Assembly (NCBI GenBank): GCA_963749915.1
Contig: CAVVOP010000008.1
Span: 480,001-544,000 of the forward strand
DNA: 64,000 nt
Direction of reading: 5' to 3'
DNA from: an uncultured cyanobacterium
GTDB lineage: Bacteria; Cyanobacteriota; Cyanobacteriia; Cyanobacteriales; Cyanobacteriaceae
The translations under genes and the position numbers were made by a program. The notes below the pieces were generated by a model. It was not told the origin of the DNA, searched no databases, and worked only from the letters and a program-made list of their open reading frames with translations. Positions 52,101 to 61,175 of this stretch are shown here, in pieces. Numbering within the stretch: the stretch's first letter is position 1; each line of letters opens with the position of its first letter.

Positions 52101-53530
52101 TGAGCTTGATTGCTCAGATAAGCCACAATGTACTCTTGCAAATTCGATAGAATATAGGCGACTAAGCATTTATCTCCAAGAACATCTTCTCTAACCAGGG
52201 CGATCGCTTCTTTGACTACGGGATGCTGTTCCAGAACTTTCTCAATTTCCTGCAGTTCAACGCGAAACCCCCGAATTTTCTCCTGATGATCAGCTCGACC
52301 CAGAAACTCTAAATTCCCATCCCTTCGGTAGCGAACTAAGTCACCGGTTTTATACAGGCGAATCTGATTCGTGTCATTAATGGCAAAATTAATAAATTGC
52401 TCCTGGGTGATCTCAGGACGATTTAAATAACCTCGGGCCAGTCCCCCTCCAGCAATGTGTAACTCCCCCTTACTTCCATGCTGGACATGCTTTCCCTCGG
52501 AATCGAGTATATATACTTGCAGATGGGGTAGGGGTTTGCCGATGGGCACCGAGGGATCGCCGAGAGGGACGGCGTTAGGTCCCGTCAAGTCACAGCAGGT
52601 CGCAATAACAGTTGATTCTGTGGGACCATAGGCATTGATAAGCCTGATCTGTGGATTGACAGACTGTTGCCATACTTTTAACCAATGAGGTATGGCCCGC
52701 TCCCCACCAATAAGAACTAAACGTAATAATTCCGGTAGCTTAAGCCTCGGTAGTTCCCCACAAATTTTGTGCCAGAAAGCGGTCGGTAAATCCAAAACGG
52801 TTATCCTTAAATCATCACAGCCTTTTAGAAAGACGGCAATAGATTGCAACATTTCCGGGGTACGAAGTACCAAGGTAGCTCCCTGGGTTAGAGTAATAAA
52901 GATTTCTTCAACAGCAGCATCAAAACTTATTGAGGAAAACTGGAGGACGCGATCTCCGGCAGAAACACCATATTCATAACTAGCAGACTGTACAAATTGT
53001 GAAAGTGCTTGGTGCTCAATCATCACCCCTTTGGGCCGACCTGTAGAACCAGACGTATAGATTACATAGGCCAGATGGTTGGGTTCACAGAGGGGCTCAG
53101 GATTCTCTGTTTTCTCTGCCATAATGGTATCCCAATCAGTATCGAAACAAAGCACTTGGGCAGAATGGCTGGGGAGGGTGGCAAGATAGCTTTGCTCTGT
53201 GAGTAATACAGAGACTTGAGTATCCTCAAGGATAAGGGCAATCCTTTCCCTAGGATAATAGGGGTCTAGGGGAACATAGGCTCCACCGGCTTTGAGAATC
53301 GCTAATAAAGCAATTATCTGATTGATCGATCGATCTAGACACAATCCCACGAGTGTCTCTGGTCCTACCTGCAACCGACGGAGGTAATGAGCGAGTGCAT
53401 TGGCACGCTGATTAAGTTCCTGATAGCTAAGTTGCTGATGCCCGAATGCAATCGCAGTGGTATTAGGGTTACGAGATACTTGCTCTTCAAACCACTTAGG
53501 GATACCATGATAATTTTTCTTTTTTTCCAT
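49181..53530 (-). CDS. Stand-alone NRPS-like enzyme: adenylation (interrupted by methyltransferase) - thiolation - terminal reductase
   Basis: A motifs LSYQELN, YTSGSTGRPKG, NAYGPTE, YKTGD, KIRGFRVE; MT VLEIGCGTG, LNSVIQYFP; A10 NGKVDR; PCP FFELGGDSL; R domain TGTTGFIG, GYAQSKW, YRPG. No C domain. Confidence 0.93.
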   Translation of the reverse strand: MEKKKNYHGIPKWFEEQVSRNPNTTAIAFGHQQLSYQELNQRANALAHYLRRLQVGPETLVGLCLDRSINQIIALLAILKAGGAYVPLDPYYPRERIALILEDTQVSVLLTEQSYLATLPSHSAQVLCFDTDWDTIMAEKTENPEPLCEPNHLAYVIYTSGSTGRPKGVMIEHQALSQFVQSASYEYGVSAGDRVLQFSSISFDAAVEEIFITLTQGATLVLRTPEMLQSIAVFLKGCDDLRITVLDLPTAFWHKICGELPRLKLPELLRLVLIGGERAIPHWLKVWQQSVNPQIRLINAYGPTESTVIATCCDLTGPNAVPLGDPSVPIGKPLPHLQVYILDSEGKHVQHGSKGELHIAGGGLARGYLNRPEITQEQFINFAINDTNQIRLYKTGDLVRYRRDGNLEFLGRADHQEKIRGFRVELQEIEKVLEQHPVVKEAIALVREDVLGDKCLVAYILSNLQEYIVAYLSNQAQFDAEQINQWRLIHNDIRLNTVKSNWDKTFNISGWISSYTKELIGDVEMEEWVDNTIPRILELQPQRVLEIGCGTGLILFRIAPHCSSYLGTDFSQVALQYLEQQLEDPSLDLPQVTLERRIADNFQGIQPHSVDTVILNSVIQYFPSINYLFRVLEQCIQVVEPGGFIFIGDIRNYSLLEVFATAVELSQAADELATEELLKQIHYRVHREEELTIAPDFFWALPQALPQISQVQVLVKRGKFQNELTQFRYDVILQVGATPAPPVQISWLDWQEQNLTLAKVRQRLQDDNPLALGVVGVPNARVFGAVKALELLNGPNCPHSTGVLRRCLANIDLHQSVNPEDLWQLVQDMPYRVTLSWMGSRKDGAYTVLFEHKSAIPRGQSSGLRGQLPQKIEPKSPSGYYNHPLQIRVTRHLSGELRTYLKQQLPSYMLPSAFVFLDAFPVTPNGKVDRRALPKPYFTRVALDVPFVAPKTPLEQELADIWSKVLEINDIGVNDNFFELGGDSLRLMQLLSQIEDIYPNILSFNDFFSNPTIIGLVKQIGHSDTPSSSEPLRSAFGEGMTLEQLQSEANVEITLPASIPTPDVSCWTQPESIFLTGTTGFIGAFVLAELLQQTQANIYCLIRAQTPELAHQKLQGTFERYLPGFQLPKSRIFPVLGDLSHPLFALSEEKFNRLAAMIDVIYHIGANTNLLYPYQSLKAVNVGGTQSALELASRTKLKPLHYISTLDVFESLVATGVEIIHEKALPVQGSGITGGYAQSKWVAEQLVTSAGIKGLPICIYRPGMVTGHSQTGISNPEDLMCRFLRSLIELKSAPDLDVMLDLTPVDYVSKAIVYLSRQPVSLGKAFHLVNPQPMPLDNIVALLNSFGHSNSIKQVSYEEWKKTILRNHQNALNTLAPVLTESIGESYLTRLEIWLVGSKIFDCHNTTVGLDSSGISCPTINSPFIHWISRWTKRNNIRQKGNVTKSELV

Positions 53531-53754
53531 AAATTGTCAAGCATCCAAATTACTAATCGTAATAATTTCCTTTTTTCAAAATTTATGCCACTAGGAAATT
53601 ACTGAATATTCGATTTTTTAAAGATGCTTCTCTCAGTGAAAACACTGAAGCTGAAGGGTGACGACTATTCTAAAACCTTTAATCAGTAACAATTTTAGCC
53701 TTTGAGTTGACTATTAAAGCAACTAAAATTCTCTTCAGACCGATTATGATAAGT

Positions 53755-54384
53755 TTAATTATAAAAAGGAGTTAAATTCTGCCACTTATTTGCTTTTAAA
53801 TCTTTACTGTTTTGAGCTTCAAACAAGGCAATTTTTAGTAAGGTTTCGGTAGTAAAAGCTAATTTATCTGGTGCTTTAATTAACTTTAAATTATTGCCAA
53901 ATTTATCTTTATATTCGGTAAGTAGATATTGCCATTCTTCTACTTTAAATAATTGATCCGGTATTATATTTAATAACTCAGCCATAGATGATTGAAATTG
54001 ATAAATGGATCCAAAAACTTCTTTATTATTAGCCTTCATTTCTACTGCCAAAATTGGATGATGTAACTCTTTTTTTCCGTGATACCAAGCTAAAGACTCT
54101 AAGGTAGAAATACCAAAAACAGGGATATTTAACTGTTGGGCTAAAGTTTTGGCGGTAACGATCCCTATTCTTGTACTGGTAAAACTTCCGGGTCCTTTTG
54201 CTACGGCGATAAATTCTAAATCTTGCCATGATAAAGGAGGTAAAAATCCCCCTAGTTTTTCATGTAAATTATTGGCTAAATTTCGCCCCAAATCCCATGA
54301 ATTAAAACGGTATATATTTTGCCCATTAATAATAGCAATACCTAATTCCCCGCTAGTGGTGTGTAAGGCTAATCCTTGTTTCAT
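53755..54384 (-). CDS. tsaB: t6A biosynthesis protein TsaB
   Basis: LALHTTS, VAKGPGSFTSTRIG, LAQQLNIPVFGISTL. Confidence 0.9.
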   Translation of the reverse strand: MKQGLALHTTSGELGIAIINGQNIYRFNSWDLGRNLANNLHEKLGGFLPPLSWQDLEFIAVAKGPGSFTSTRIGIVTAKTLAQQLNIPVFGISTLESLAWYHGKKELHHPILAVEMKANNKEVFGSIYQFQSSMAELLNIIPDQLFKVEEWQYLLTEYKDKFGNNLKLIKAPDKLAFTTETLLKIALFEAQNSKDLKANKWQNLTPFYN

Positions 54385-54414
54385 TATTTTTATGGCGATT
54401 TGATTTCTGTTTTA

Positions 54415-55221
54415 TTATTCAGTTTGAAGGGGTTTATTTTCAGGAATAAGTTTATTCTGATTATTAAGTTTATTGATCAAATCCTGATTTTGTTGATTTA
54501 ATTTTTGAATTTCACTTTTAAATATTTGTATTTGTAATTGGATATCTTCATCTATTTCTTCTTGAGTTTTAACTTTTTCTGATAGTTGATCATACAATAT
54601 TTTTTGTTCATCTTTTAACGCCTTAATTTCATTAACTAATTCTTCCTTAAAACTCAGCAATTTTTTATCATTTTGAGAGAATAAATTAAGGGAAATATTA
54701 TTTGATAAAAAAAAGCCAATACCTGAACCAACCATGACTAAAACTAAGGCAATAAATCCCCATAATCGATATTTATAATTGTTAATAACACGATCTAATT
54801 TTGCCAACAATTTTAATGATTCTTGATCATCTGGTTGAATTTCTAAACACTGTTTTACTCTAAATTTAATTTGTTCTTCATCTTGTTTATTATGTTTTTT
54901 TTGCCATCTTCCTAAATAAGCATTAACTAACAAATGCAACATGGGTAAATTGAAAGGATTAAAAGCTAAAGCCTCCTCTAATTCTGCGATGGCATCATCC
55001 CAATAACAAAGGGTGACATAACCTTGTGCGCGAATAAAATGGGCTTGAGATTGTTTTTGTGCGGAATGAATTTCTGTATCACTAATACCCAATTCAGAAG
55101 CAATGGTTAATAATTCTTCACTGGTGGGAATTTTTTGTCCTAATTGACTCAATTCTGTTACCCTTTGAATATAAGTTTCAATCGCCTGATTGGGAGTAGA
55201 AGGGTTTTTATTTTCTGTCAT
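54415..55221 (-). CDS. Hypothetical membrane protein (TPR-like, TM helix, coiled coil)
   Basis: WDDAIAELEEALAFNP TPR-like segment, one TM helix, coiled-coil tail. Confidence 0.7.
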   Translation of the reverse strand: MTENKNPSTPNQAIETYIQRVTELSQLGQKIPTSEELLTIASELGISDTEIHSAQKQSQAHFIRAQGYVTLCYWDDAIAELEEALAFNPFNLPMLHLLVNAYLGRWQKKHNKQDEEQIKFRVKQCLEIQPDDQESLKLLAKLDRVINNYKYRLWGFIALVLVMVGSGIGFFLSNNISLNLFSQNDKKLLSFKEELVNEIKALKDEQKILYDQLSEKVKTQEEIDEDIQLQIQIFKSEIQKLNQQNQDLINKLNNQNKLIPENKPLQTE

Positions 55222-55293
55222 ATAAATTTAAAATATCATCAAAAATAACATTAAGTAGTCACATTAAATATAAACTTGCTTAATTAATAATTT

Positions 55294-55540
55294 TAACGGC
55301 TACTGATTTAAACCGGGACATTTTCGGTGAGGGGGGGTTTTAGGTATTAGAGGTATTTGTGTTAGGTTATAAGTTTTTTAGCTATTCTAAAGGTTGATAC
55401 CAGAATGAATCGTAATTTTTGACTAGTAAATCGAGTTTACTTCTTTTTTCTTGACCTAAAACCCAAAACCTAATACCTAATACCTAACACCTGATACCTT
55501 GTCTCAAGCAGTTTGTCCCGCCTTAAGTTGATAGCCGTTA
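55294..55540. mobile_element. 247-bp MITE, family D (TA ends)
   Basis: Imperfect 27-bp TIRs TAACGGCTACTGATTTAAACCGGGACA / TGTCCCGCCTTAAGTTGATAGCCGTTA; internal (ACCTAAT)-type heptamers in both orientations. Confidence 0.75.
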
Positions 55541-55604
55541 CATTCTATTTTTTAAAGGCTAGAGGTTAAAATATAGCAGTAAGTGCTTATAATTATCCCA
55601 GAGA

Positions 55605-58094
55605 ATGACTAACATTAACGATAAGACCCTTGATTGGCAGAGAATCGAGCAAGCCTTAACGGTAGAAAAAGAATATGGTTATCAAAATTTACAAGGGAGA
55701 CAACATCGCTTCAGTGAATTTTTATGGTTAACTTTTGGCAAAATTCCTCCAGTTAATAATTTATTAATTGCTTTTCGTTGGCAAAAAACTGCTAAACAAT
55801 TCGCCCTTTATCCTCAGTTAACTTTACAAGATAGAATCGATTTAATTAAGGATACCGAGGGATTAATCGCCGAAGTTCGGGAATTACAGACAAATCCAGG
55901 CAATTCCTATGATATAGCCGAAATATCTTCTCCTTATCGGATTAAAGGCTCTGACATTGCTAACTTTACTCCTTCCTCGACACCAAAAAAAATCACTTTA
56001 GATGAGTCCGTCACAAGTCTGACGACGATTATCTATCGACAAAAAGACTTACTAGCTAAATTAGGTATTAATACTGTTCGAGATTTATTGTTTTATTATC
56101 CCAGAGATCACATTGATTATGCCCGTCAAGTTAATATTTGTGACTTGGAACCAGGAGAAACTGTCACTATTATCGGCAAAGTGAAAAAATGTGATTGTTT
56201 TAGTAGTCCCAAAAATAAAAAGCTAACAATTCTGAATATTATTATCCGAGATCAAACAGGAGAGTTAAAAATTAGTCGTTTTTTCGCTGGGAATTTTTAC
56301 AGTAATCGGGGTTGGCAGGAAAAAATGAAGCGAGTGTATCAAACTGGTGCATTAATTGCCGCTTCGGGGTTGGTGAAGGGAAATAAATACGGTATCACCC
56401 TTGATAATCCTGAATTTGAGGTTTTAGACGGTCAAGGGGGTAATATTAATTCTCTCAAAATTGGGCGCCTATTGCCAGTTTATCCTCTAACCGAGGGCAT
56501 CCCCGCCGATGTTATTCGGAAAAGTGTCATGGAAGCTAATCTCGCCATAGAACAAATTGATGATCCTTTACCCGCCATCCTTAAACAACAGTATAGTTTA
56601 ATTGATTTACAAACTGCGATCGCTCAAATACACTATCCTGAAGATCAAGAAAAACTAGGTCAAGCCAGACGGAGACTGATATTTGACGAATTTTTCTATT
56701 TACAATTAGGATTTTTAGACCGTAGGCGGCAGGAAAAAGAAAGTCGTCAAGCCGTAGCATTTACCCCTCAAGGAAGACTAATTGAGGAATTTAACCACAT
56801 TTTACCTTTTAAGTTAACCAAGGCTCAACAACGGGTTATCAACGAAGTCGAGAAGGATTTACAGTCAGACTCTCCCATGAATCGCTTAGTACAAGGAGAT
56901 GTAGGTTCAGGAAAAACGATCGTAGCAGTATTTGCCCTATTAACCGCCTTACAATCAGGGTATCAGGGTGCATTGATGGCACCCACGGAAGTATTAGCAG
57001 AACAACATTATCGGAAGATAGTAGAGTGGTTTAATCTCCTGCATTTGCCGGTAGAATTGCTGACAGGGTCAACCAAAATGAGTAAACGTAGGAATATATA
57101 CGCCCAACTCGAAAGTGGTGAATTACCCCTATTAGTCGGTACTCATGCCTTAATTCAAGATCCTGTAAACTTTTGTAACTTAGGACTGGTTGTAATCGAT
57201 GAACAACATAGATTTGGAGTGCAACAACGGGGAAAATTATTGGCAAAAGGAAAAGCGCCCCATGTGTTAAGTATGACGGCAACCCCTATTCCTCGCACCC
57301 TTGCTTTAACCCTTCACGGGGATTTAGATGTCAGTCAAATTGATGAGTTGCCCCCCGGCAGGCAGGCAATTCAAACGACAGCTTTAACAGGCAGACAACG
57401 GCAAAATGCCTATGAATTAATTAAACGGGAAGTAGTACAAGGAAGACAGGCTTATGTCATTTTTCCAATGATTGAAGAATCCGAGAAATTAGACGTAAAA
57501 GCGGCAGTGGCCGAATATGAGAAATTCCGCGACAAAATTTTCCCTGAGTTTAACATTGGTTTGTTACATGGGCGAATGTCATCGGCGGATAAAGATGCGG
57601 CGTTGAATGCTTTTCGAGATAACGAAACCCAGATTATTGTCTCAACCACAGTTATTGAGGTAGGTGTAGATGTACCTAATGCTACAGTAATGTTGATTGA
57701 AAATGCCGAACGTTTTGGATTATCTCAATTACATCAGCTTAGGGGTAGGGTCGGGCGAGGTGGTCATAAATCTTATTGTTTGTTACTCAGTAGCAGTAAA
57801 ACAGGGGATGCGATGCAGAGATTAAGTGTTTTAGAACAATCACAAGATGGTTTCTTTATTTCCGAAATGGACTTAAGGTTAAGAGGACCGGGGGAAGTAT
57901 TAGGTAGTCGTCAATCGGGTTTACCAGATTTTGCCTTAGCAAGTTTAGTAGAAGATCAAGAGGTTTTAGTCTTGGCCAGGGAAGCTGCGGAAAAAATTTT
58001 ATTACAACACAAATATTTGAAAGAGACTTCTTCTTTAAAAGATGAATTAGAGAGACGTTATCAAAAGTTAATTGGTAGTCAAATTTTAACCTAA
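55605..58094 (+). CDS. recG: ATP-dependent DNA helicase RecG
   Basis: RLVQGDVGSGKT, DEQHRFG, MTATPIPRT, QLHQLRGRVGRG. Confidence 0.97.
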   Translation: MTNINDKTLDWQRIEQALTVEKEYGYQNLQGRQHRFSEFLWLTFGKIPPVNNLLIAFRWQKTAKQFALYPQLTLQDRIDLIKDTEGLIAEVRELQTNPGNSYDIAEISSPYRIKGSDIANFTPSSTPKKITLDESVTSLTTIIYRQKDLLAKLGINTVRDLLFYYPRDHIDYARQVNICDLEPGETVTIIGKVKKCDCFSSPKNKKLTILNIIIRDQTGELKISRFFAGNFYSNRGWQEKMKRVYQTGALIAASGLVKGNKYGITLDNPEFEVLDGQGGNINSLKIGRLLPVYPLTEGIPADVIRKSVMEANLAIEQIDDPLPAILKQQYSLIDLQTAIAQIHYPEDQEKLGQARRRLIFDEFFYLQLGFLDRRRQEKESRQAVAFTPQGRLIEEFNHILPFKLTKAQQRVINEVEKDLQSDSPMNRLVQGDVGSGKTIVAVFALLTALQSGYQGALMAPTEVLAEQHYRKIVEWFNLLHLPVELLTGSTKMSKRRNIYAQLESGELPLLVGTHALIQDPVNFCNLGLVVIDEQHRFGVQQRGKLLAKGKAPHVLSMTATPIPRTLALTLHGDLDVSQIDELPPGRQAIQTTALTGRQRQNAYELIKREVVQGRQAYVIFPMIEESEKLDVKAAVAEYEKFRDKIFPEFNIGLLHGRMSSADKDAALNAFRDNETQIIVSTTVIEVGVDVPNATVMLIENAERFGLSQLHQLRGRVGRGGHKSYCLLLSSSKTGDAMQRLSVLEQSQDGFFISEMDLRLRGPGEVLGSRQSGLPDFALASLVEDQEVLVLAREAAEKILLQHKYLKETSSLKDELERRYQKLIGSQILT

Positions 58095-58176
58095 AAAGAT
58101 GTTTTTAAATTAATCTTTTTTCAATAGTTACAATTTTAAGTTAATCTTTAAAATACCAGAAACTTTAATAATATCA

Positions 58177-59919
58177 GTGATGGTCATTGAATATAATTTG
58201 CCTCATCAGCGTTGGAAATTTTACCCACAAAATCATAATTTAGTTAATGATTTAGTCCATGGTTTGGCATTATCCCCTATTGTGGCTCAGATAATTGTCA
58301 ATCGTGGTATTATCAACCTGGAAGAAGCTCAAGGTTATGTTGATCCTGAAATTATCAATTTACCTTCCCCTTTAATGGAATTTCCAGATTTATACAAAAG
58401 TATTGACATTTTAAAAAATGCCATCGCCTCCAACCAGAAAATAGCAATCTGTGGTGATTATGACGCTGATGGTATGACTAGCACCGCTTTACTCTTGAGA
58501 GGTTTAAAACATTTAGGGGCACAGGTGGATTATGCTATCCCTAGTCGCATGACAGATGGTTATGGTATCAATCGTCGTATTGTGGAAGAATTTAAGCTGG
58601 AAGGGGTAAGTTTAATTTTAACTGTTGATAATGGTATCTCAGCCTATGATGCCATCGTCAGGGCTAAAGAGTTAGACTTACAAGTAATTATCACCGATCA
58701 TCATGACTTACCGCCAAAATTACCCCCCGCCGATGCCATTTTAAACCCGAAATTATTGCCAGAAGATTCTCCTTATCGAAGTTTGGCAGGGGTTGGCGTT
58801 GCTTATGTTTTAGCTGTTACCCTTGCCCAAAATTTACACAAATTACAAGGTTTGACTAAACCCCTCCTAGAATTATATACCGTTGGGACGATCGCCGATC
58901 TAGCACCCTTAACGGGGGTAAATCGTCGTTGGTTAAAAAGAGGTTTAAAATTATTACCCAATTCCGACATTTTAGGCATCAAAGCCTTGAGTAAATTAGC
59001 AGAGGTTGATGGACAAAAAAAACTTTTAAATTCTGATGATATAGGCTTTAAAATAGGTCCTAGAATTAACGCCATTGGGCGAATAGATGATCCTCAAATT
59101 GTCATTGAACTACTCACGACAGAAGATGAAGAAATTGCCATAACAAGGGCAATGCAATGTAATTTAACTAATCAAACCCGTCAAAATTTATGTAAACAAA
59201 TTGAACAGGAAGCCATTAAAATAATCGAAGAAACTCCTTTACATTGGCAAGAAGATCGAGTGTTGTTGATTATTAATCATAATTGGCATCATGGAGTAAT
59301 CGGAATAGTCGCCTCCCGTTTAGTAGAAAGATATGGAGTCCCCGTTTTTATTGGTACTTACGAAGAAGAAAACGAAGATATTATAAGAGGTTCAGCTAGA
59401 GGAATCGAAGAATTTAATATTTTTTTAGCCCTACAGTATTGTGATGATTTATTAGGCAAATATGGAGGACATAAAGCGGCTGGAGGATTTAGTTTTCCTC
59501 GTGAAAATTTACCTTTAATTCATAAGCGTTTAACAGAATTTGCTCACCGATGTTTAAGACCAGAATATCTCAAGCCTTTGATAAAAATAGATACTAGTAT
59601 TAATTTTTCAGAAATTACCTTTAAATTATTGAAAGAAATAGATAGTTTATACCCTTGGGGTATCGAAAACAAAGTCCCAACTTTTTGCACATCAAAGGTG
59701 AGAATTAGCTACCAAAAATTAACTAAAACAGGCGAACATTTACAATTAACTTTGGCTGATGAAACGCAGAAATTAAGAGGAATAGCATGGGGTTGGTCTC
59801 ACTATTATCCCTTACCCCCAGTTGTTGATATCGCCTATCGACTCAAGGAAAATCAATGGAATGGAGACAAGTCAATTCAACTAGAAATTATTGGTGCAAG
59901 GGAATGTCAAGTCAGTTAA
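58177..59919 (+). CDS. recJ: ssDNA exonuclease RecJ
   Basis: GDYDADG, TVDNG, ITDHH, PRINAIGR, GGHKAAGG. Confidence 0.95.
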   Translation: MMVIEYNLPHQRWKFYPQNHNLVNDLVHGLALSPIVAQIIVNRGIINLEEAQGYVDPEIINLPSPLMEFPDLYKSIDILKNAIASNQKIAICGDYDADGMTSTALLLRGLKHLGAQVDYAIPSRMTDGYGINRRIVEEFKLEGVSLILTVDNGISAYDAIVRAKELDLQVIITDHHDLPPKLPPADAILNPKLLPEDSPYRSLAGVGVAYVLAVTLAQNLHKLQGLTKPLLELYTVGTIADLAPLTGVNRRWLKRGLKLLPNSDILGIKALSKLAEVDGQKKLLNSDDIGFKIGPRINAIGRIDDPQIVIELLTTEDEEIAITRAMQCNLTNQTRQNLCKQIEQEAIKIIEETPLHWQEDRVLLIINHNWHHGVIGIVASRLVERYGVPVFIGTYEEENEDIIRGSARGIEEFNIFLALQYCDDLLGKYGGHKAAGGFSFPRENLPLIHKRLTEFAHRCLRPEYLKPLIKIDTSINFSEITFKLLKEIDSLYPWGIENKVPTFCTSKVRISYQKLTKTGEHLQLTLADETQKLRGIAWGWSHYYPLPPVVDIAYRLKENQWNGDKSIQLEIIGARECQVS

Positions 59920-59976
59920 TTAAGATAACCAGAAAAAAGTTAAAGGCCATTAATAAATACAAATACACGTTAAAAG

Positions 59977-60012
59977 CTATTGACATTAATCTATCTATTA
60001 ATTATCATAGAT
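59977..60012 (+). promoter_or_regulatory. Sigma70-type promoter / probable NdhR operator
   Basis: TTGACA (59980-59985), 17-nt spacer, TATCAT (60003-60008); near-duplicate at 61044-61079. Confidence 0.7.
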
Positions 60013-60045
60013 TAACAAAAATCAATAGAAGAAGGAGGAAAATGT

Positions 60046-60945
60046 TTGATTCAAGCAACCTTACATCAGTTGAAAGTCTTTGAAACCACCGCACGTTTGG
60101 AGAGTTTTACCAAAGCGGCGGAAGAATTAGACATTACCCAACCAACGGTATCAAGTCAGGTTAAACAACTCACTAAAACCATTGGATTACCGTTATTTGA
60201 GCAAATTGGAAAGCAACTTTATCTCACAGAGGCAGGGAAAGCATTGTTGACTACTTGCCAGGATGTTTTTACCCAATTAGATAACTTTGAGATGAAAATT
60301 GCTGACTTTAAAGGCACAAAAGAAGGTAAATTGCGTTTATCCGTTATCACCACCGCCGCTTATTTTATCCCCCGTATCTTAGGCTCATTTTGTCAACTGT
60401 ATCCAGACATTGATGTTTCTTTGGAAGTAATTAACCATCACCAAATACAACAGAGAATATTGAGTAATCAAGATGATTTATATATTATGAGTCAACCACC
60501 AGAAGAAATTGATCTCAAAAGTCAATCCTTCATTGATAATCCATTAGTAGTCATCGCAAGAAAAGATAATCTTTTAGCTAATGAAAAGAATATACCTTTA
60601 GAAGATTTACAAGCCTATCCTTTCATTATGCGCGAATCGGGTTCAGGTACTCGAAAAGCCGTACAGAATTTGTTTCATAATCATAATATTAATGTAAAAG
60701 TACGTTTAGAATTAGGGAGTAATGAGGCGATTAAACAGGCTATTTTAGGTGGTTTAGGAATTTCTGTGTTGTCAAAACATACTTTGACTTCTGCTTGTCA
60801 TGAGGATTTAATTATCCTCGATGTGCAAAATTTCCCGATTCCTAGATACTGGTATATTTCCTATTTAGCCGGGAAACAATTATCGGTAATTGCCAAAACT
60901 TTTTTAGATTATTTGATTGATAGAACTCAACTTATGGAGGTTTAA
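60046..60945 (+). CDS. ndhR: LysR-type regulator NdhR/CcmR (TTG start)
   Basis: QATLHQLKVFE...ITQPTVSSQVKQL, RESGSGTR, LGSNEAIKQAI; AGGAGG SD; upstream of ndhF/ndhD. Confidence 0.82.
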   Translation: MIQATLHQLKVFETTARLESFTKAAEELDITQPTVSSQVKQLTKTIGLPLFEQIGKQLYLTEAGKALLTTCQDVFTQLDNFEMKIADFKGTKEGKLRLSVITTAAYFIPRILGSFCQLYPDIDVSLEVINHHQIQQRILSNQDDLYIMSQPPEEIDLKSQSFIDNPLVVIARKDNLLANEKNIPLEDLQAYPFIMRESGSGTRKAVQNLFHNHNINVKVRLELGSNEAIKQAILGGLGISVLSKHTLTSACHEDLIILDVQNFPIPRYWYISYLAGKQLSVIAKTFLDYLIDRTQLMEV

Positions 60946-61043
60946 CCATGGCAATCTTACGGGGATGATAATCACTATGTCAACAAAATCTCAGAAAAGA
61001 TAAGTTAATCTGAACTGCACCATTTGATTTTTTTTCTGATCTA

Positions 61044-61079
61044 CTATTGACATTAGTCTATCTATTCACTATGGTAGAT
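61044..61079 (+). promoter_or_regulatory. Sigma70-type promoter / probable NdhR operator of the ndhF operon
   Basis: TTGACA (61047-61052), 17-nt spacer, TATGGT (61070-61075); spacer nearly identical to the ndhR promoter. Confidence 0.7.
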
Positions 61080-61175
61080 GTACAAAAATCAATGATAATA
61101 GCTCATCAGATAATACTTTATGACGATGAATATAGCAATTATCCATTATCCATTATCCATTATCCATTGATAATC

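Noticed and set aside
61047..61175. N-terminal extension of NdhF in the ORF track
   Set aside because: Covers the promoter and a (TATCCAT)x4 repeat; the real start is most likely 61176.
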